Source: a virus. From it: a stretch of DNA of 64,000 nt. The notes below the pieces were generated by a model. It was not told where the DNA came from and searched no databases. It worked only from the letters and a program-made list of their open reading frames with translations. The position numbers and the translations under genes are program-made. The stretch's first letter is position 1; each line of letters starts with the position of its first letter. Of the stretch, positions 61,325 to 64,000 are shown piece by piece. The DNA is taken from the IMG/VR virus record IMGVR_UViG_3300045391_005035, one strand, 5' to 3'.

Positions 61325-61951
61325 CTATGTCTCCAGCGAGGCGATGGCCGTCGCGATCGCGTTGTCGAGAGCGTTGAGGTTGATGCCGCCGATGTCCGAC
61401 TGCTTTTCGGCCAGCTCGCCCAGGATCCTGCGCGCAACGCCAACCTCTCGTGTGAGCGCGTTGATGGACCGCTGCATCGTCGCGACCTTGACCCCGAGCC
61501 GGTTTTCTCGCTGCCGCAGGCTCTCGAACGAAGCTGTACCGTTGTCGAGCATGCGTCCCAGTTCCTGAACGCGAGCGAGCAACCGGTCGCGCTCCGCCGT
61601 GAGGGCCTCGGGATCCGCGGAGCGGTAGCCGGCGGCACGATCTGCCCGCTCCCGAGCCGCAGCCAACTGCTCGCGCAGTTCGGAAACAAATCGCTGAGCG
61701 CGCTCGCGCTCGTCCTTCTCCGTGGCCAGCTCGCTCTGGTACCGCTTGATAACCTTCCCGAACTCCGCGAGAGCCGTTGCGGCGTGTGCGCGCTCGTCCA
61801 CGAGCCCCTGCATCTCGCCGACCAGACGCCTGGAGGTCCCCAGGGCCGCCTCGCGTTCCTCTCGGGCTACCAGGACCAGCATCTTCTGGTGGTCGAGGTC
61901 GCGCGTCAGGGAGTCGACCTTGGATTGCAACTCCTCTTCCGGTCCGGACAT
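61325..61951 (-). CDS. coiled-coil hypothetical
   Basis: start set by TTGACA-17-CAAGCT-7 nt-ATG. Confidence 0.7.
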   Translation of the reverse strand: MSGPEEELQSKVDSLTRDLDHQKMLVLVAREEREAALGTSRRLVGEMQGLVDERAHAATALAEFGKVIKRYQSELATEKDERERAQRFVSELREQLAAARERADRAAGYRSADPEALTAERDRLLARVQELGRMLDNGTASFESLRQRENRLGVKVATMQRSINALTREVGVARRILGELAEKQSDIGGINLNALDNAIATAIASLET

Positions 61952-61958
61952 GGGCGCG

Positions 61959-62004
61959 AGCTTGCTCATCTCACCCGGGTGTGTCAAGGGTTCTTTCAAC
62001 ATAC
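61959..62004 (-). promoter_or_regulatory. operator GTATGTTGAAAGAACC plus TTGACA-17-CAAGCT leaderless promoter
   Basis: read on the minus strand; motif at 61989..62004. Confidence 0.75.
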
Positions 62005-62074
62005 GCGACGCACCCGAGGCTAGGGCTCCTCGGGCTCCGCGGATCTCTCTGGAATCTGGGCCCCAATCTTTTTG

Positions 62075-62160
62075 ACCCTCAAAAAACCGCGTGTTTTCGC
62101 GTAGATAGTATACAGATAATGACTGTTATCTTGACGTAGAATCTACATTGGCTATTCTGA
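62075..62160. other. AT-rich intergenic region with palindromes and a rightward promoter
   Basis: AGATAA-TGACTG-TTATCT, GTAGA-A-TCTAC, TTGACG-16-TATTCT. Confidence 0.5.
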
Positions 62161-62185
62161 GGTTCGAGCGGGGCCAGAGGACGAG

Positions 62186-62590
62186 ATGGGGGACGAGATG
62201 GACGCTGACGTCGCGCTGTTGAAGGAGCTGAGGGAGCTGATGGCGAAGGCCACGCCCGGGTCGATGCAGGCGGTGCCCGTCCAAGGACACGATGGGCACC
62301 GTTCGTGGTCCGCGACGCGCGTCTACCTCGGCGACGACCGGCACTTCGAGCTGGGGACCCCTCGACACGCAAGCGACGGAGCGCTGATCGCCGCCGCGCA
62401 CAACGCGCTACCGAGGCTCCTGGAGGCGCTCGCTGCCCATGTCGCGCGGCGTCCCGAGGTAGAGGCGGCGAAGGATGCGGTGGTGCGCGCCGCGCTGACC
62501 TCGTTCCCTCCGAGTGAGGGGCACTACATAAGCGCGGTGGGGTCGGCGACCGCGGCGCTGCGTCGGATCATGAAGGTGTCCGGTGAGTGA
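62186..62590 (+). CDS. Ea22-like hypothetical
   Basis: LRELMAKATPG.., ALIAAAHNALPRLL. Confidence 0.65.
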   Translation: MGDEMDADVALLKELRELMAKATPGSMQAVPVQGHDGHRSWSATRVYLGDDRHFELGTPRHASDGALIAAAHNALPRLLEALAAHVARRPEVEAAKDAVVRAALTSFPPSEGHYISAVGSATAALRRIMKVSGE

Positions 62591-64000
62591 CGCAGTCAAA
62601 GAGACTCGGATGAAAAAGAAGCCGACGGAGCGAAGCGTTGGGTTCGTCGTCGAGGGCGAGTTCATCACGCGCATAGCGCGCGACCTCTTCGTCTCCGACG
62701 CTCCGGCGAAGGCGTGGCGCCTGATCAAGACCGCCCTGCTGGCGGACGACGAGGGTGCGGTTGACGTTGCGGCGCGCCAGATCCTCGACGGCAAGAAGAA
62801 GCTCGTCGGTGATTCGAATGTCGGCATCCGGATCGTCGACGACGACGCGAAGGGGTACATCAAGCTCGCGCAGCAGATCTACGCCGGCCGCGTGCGCATC
62901 CGTGGTGCCTGGTTCCGGCCCGCATCTCTCGTGGTGCTCGACAGCGCCTCAGCGCGCGCCGCTTCGCGAATCGTGTCTCGCTACGCCGAGATGAGCGACC
63001 GTGCGCTCCGCGGCGACGAGGGCGACGATGCCATCGTGCTCCTGCGACTCTGGTGGAAGGCTCGCCTCGAATGGGGCCACGCAGGAGGTCAGGTCGCCAT
63101 CGAGGTCAACCGTCCCGGCATCGAGCAGCCGGCGTTCGTGCTGTTCGAGCCGGTCAGCGAGCGGCCGTTCTGGTGGGACGAGCTGACTGGAACCGACGAG
63201 GCGTACGAGGACTACCACCGGCATCACGAGCGACCCATCGACGTGACGGAGGTCGCGTCCGAGGACTTCAGCAGTCACGGGTTCGAAGAAGAGGAGGACG
63301 CGGAGGTCCGTGCGGACAGCGCCACGACCGCCCTACAGCAGGCCGCGAGGCTCGCGCAGGAAGAGATCGACGCCGAGGCCGAGGACACCCGCTACGCGGC
63401 GAAGATCGCCGAGCTGCGGATGAAGATCCTTGCCCAAGCCGACGGCGACCTCATCGAGCTGGTCGTGCCCCCTCCCGACGAGGAGCAGCGCGAAGAGCAG
63501 GAAGCGTGGGGCCGCAAGGTACACGCGGCCGAGCGAGTGCTCCATGTGCCGCGAGCGCCGTTCATGCACTGGGCGCTCTCGCGTGGCATCAAAGGCGTCG
63601 CTCCGGACTGGGAGATCGTCTCGCCGCACGGTATGAAGTGCCAGGGCGACAACCCGTACCACACCGACTGGATGATCGGCGCCGGACTCGATCTGCGCGA
63701 CGACTACTACGTGACGTCGCCAGCCTCAAAGGCAGCCTGGGACCTCGCGTTCCGGATCACGACGAGCATCGGCGATTACAACGCCATGGTGCTCTCCATC
63801 GGGAACGAGAAGCCGGTTACTGGTGTCGTCGGCGTCGACGTACTCGTGCTGGAGAACCTGCACCCGAGCCAGGCCGACGCCGTCATGAAGTCGAAGGCCG
63901 TCGTGACCGAGACCGGCGGCGCGCTCGCACACCTCGCGCGCGTCTCCGCGGAGTTCGGCATCCCGATGCTACTCGTGAAGGACGCTCGCAAGGCGTTCCC
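62583..64000 (+). CDS. large protein with C-terminal PEP-utilizing-enzyme mobile (phospho-His) domain, truncated by window end
   Basis: frame open from GTG 62583 / ATG 62610 to the end; AVVTETGGALAHLARVSAEFGIP. Confidence 0.75.
   Translation, partial: MSDAVKETRMKKKPTERSVGFVVEGEFITRIARDLFVSDAPAKAWRLIKTALLADDEGAVDVAARQILDGKKKLVGDSNVGIRIVDDDAKGYIKLAQQIYAGRVRIRGAWFRPASLVVLDSASARAASRIVSRYAEMSDRALRGDEGDDAIVLLRLWWKARLEWGHAGGQVAIEVNRPGIEQPAFVLFEPVSERPFWWDELTGTDEAYEDYHRHHERPIDVTEVASEDFSSHGFEEEEDAEVRADSATTALQQAARLAQEEIDAEAEDTRYAAKIAELRMKILAQADGDLIELVVPPPDEEQREEQEAWGRKVHAAERVLHVPRAPFMHWALSRGIKGVAPDWEIVSPHGMKCQGDNPYHTDWMIGAGLDLRDDYYVTSPASKAAWDLAFRITTSIGDYNAMVLSIGNEKPVTGVVGVDVLVLENLHPSQADAVMKSKAVVTETGGALAHLARVSAEFGIPMLLVKDARKAF

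Noticed and set aside
1-64000. Alternative genetic code (TAG read-through)
   Set aside because: A few TAG stops are in frame with the next gene (12290, 29304, 35995) but others are not, roughly as expected by chance; domains end naturally at these stops.
1-64000. Long Arg/Ala/Pro-rich antisense or off-frame ORFs (e.g. 14060..15712, 35438..36625, 45390..46610, 52877..53677, 54130..55374)
   Set aside because: Typical high-GC shadow frames overlapping better-supported genes.
1-64000. CRISPR array, rRNA, IS/transposase, capsid/terminase
   Set aside because: No regularly spaced repeats or recognisable motifs found by eye; the linker repeats occur only 2-3 times at irregular spacing.

Overview
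High-GC, gene-dense segment that looks like a large bacterial virus or virus-like element. The host is unknown (myxobacterial/deltaproteobacterial-like is only a guess), and no capsid, portal or terminase is visible in the window. The code is standard, with many ATGA/GTGA overlaps and many leaderless promoters. Layout: 1-3 kb, small Zn-finger genes, a membrane-anchored SGNH hydrolase and metalloproteases. 3-13 kb, a minus-strand run of mosaic hypothetical genes sharing short linker repeats, headed by a NADAR fusion. 13-16 kb, a membrane-anchored DUF3380-type muramidase and a tyrosine recombinase. 16-23 kb, small genes including MazG-like and spermidine-synthase-like ORFs. 23.05-27.66 kb, an array of 37 tRNAs covering all 20 amino acids, with two HNH genes, many non-canonical tRNA bodies, several structured spacer RNAs and one circularly permuted tRNA-like element whose acceptor stem is sealed by a GAAA loop. 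27.7-41 kb, membrane proteins, a ParB plus putatively permuted ADP-ribosyltransferase-like protein, and a PcfJ-pentapeptide protein. 41.4-50 kb, a glycosylation operon (GT4 x2, GT2-type x3, GNAT, DegT). 50-62 kb, kinase-like, Nudix, UvrD, ParB-like, DEDDh exonuclease, P-loop kinase and HTH genes. After 62 kb, an AT-rich divergent promoter region and a truncated gene with a PEP-utilizer His domain. Best candidates for new biology: (1) the permuted tRNA-like RNA and its neighbouring spacer RNAs; (2) a dispersed protein family with an M(S/T)YA-type start, a GLG(Q) motif, a C-terminal TM helix and a basic tail; (3) a repeated operator abutting the -35 box of leaderless promoters. Everything was read by eye; no database searches were run.
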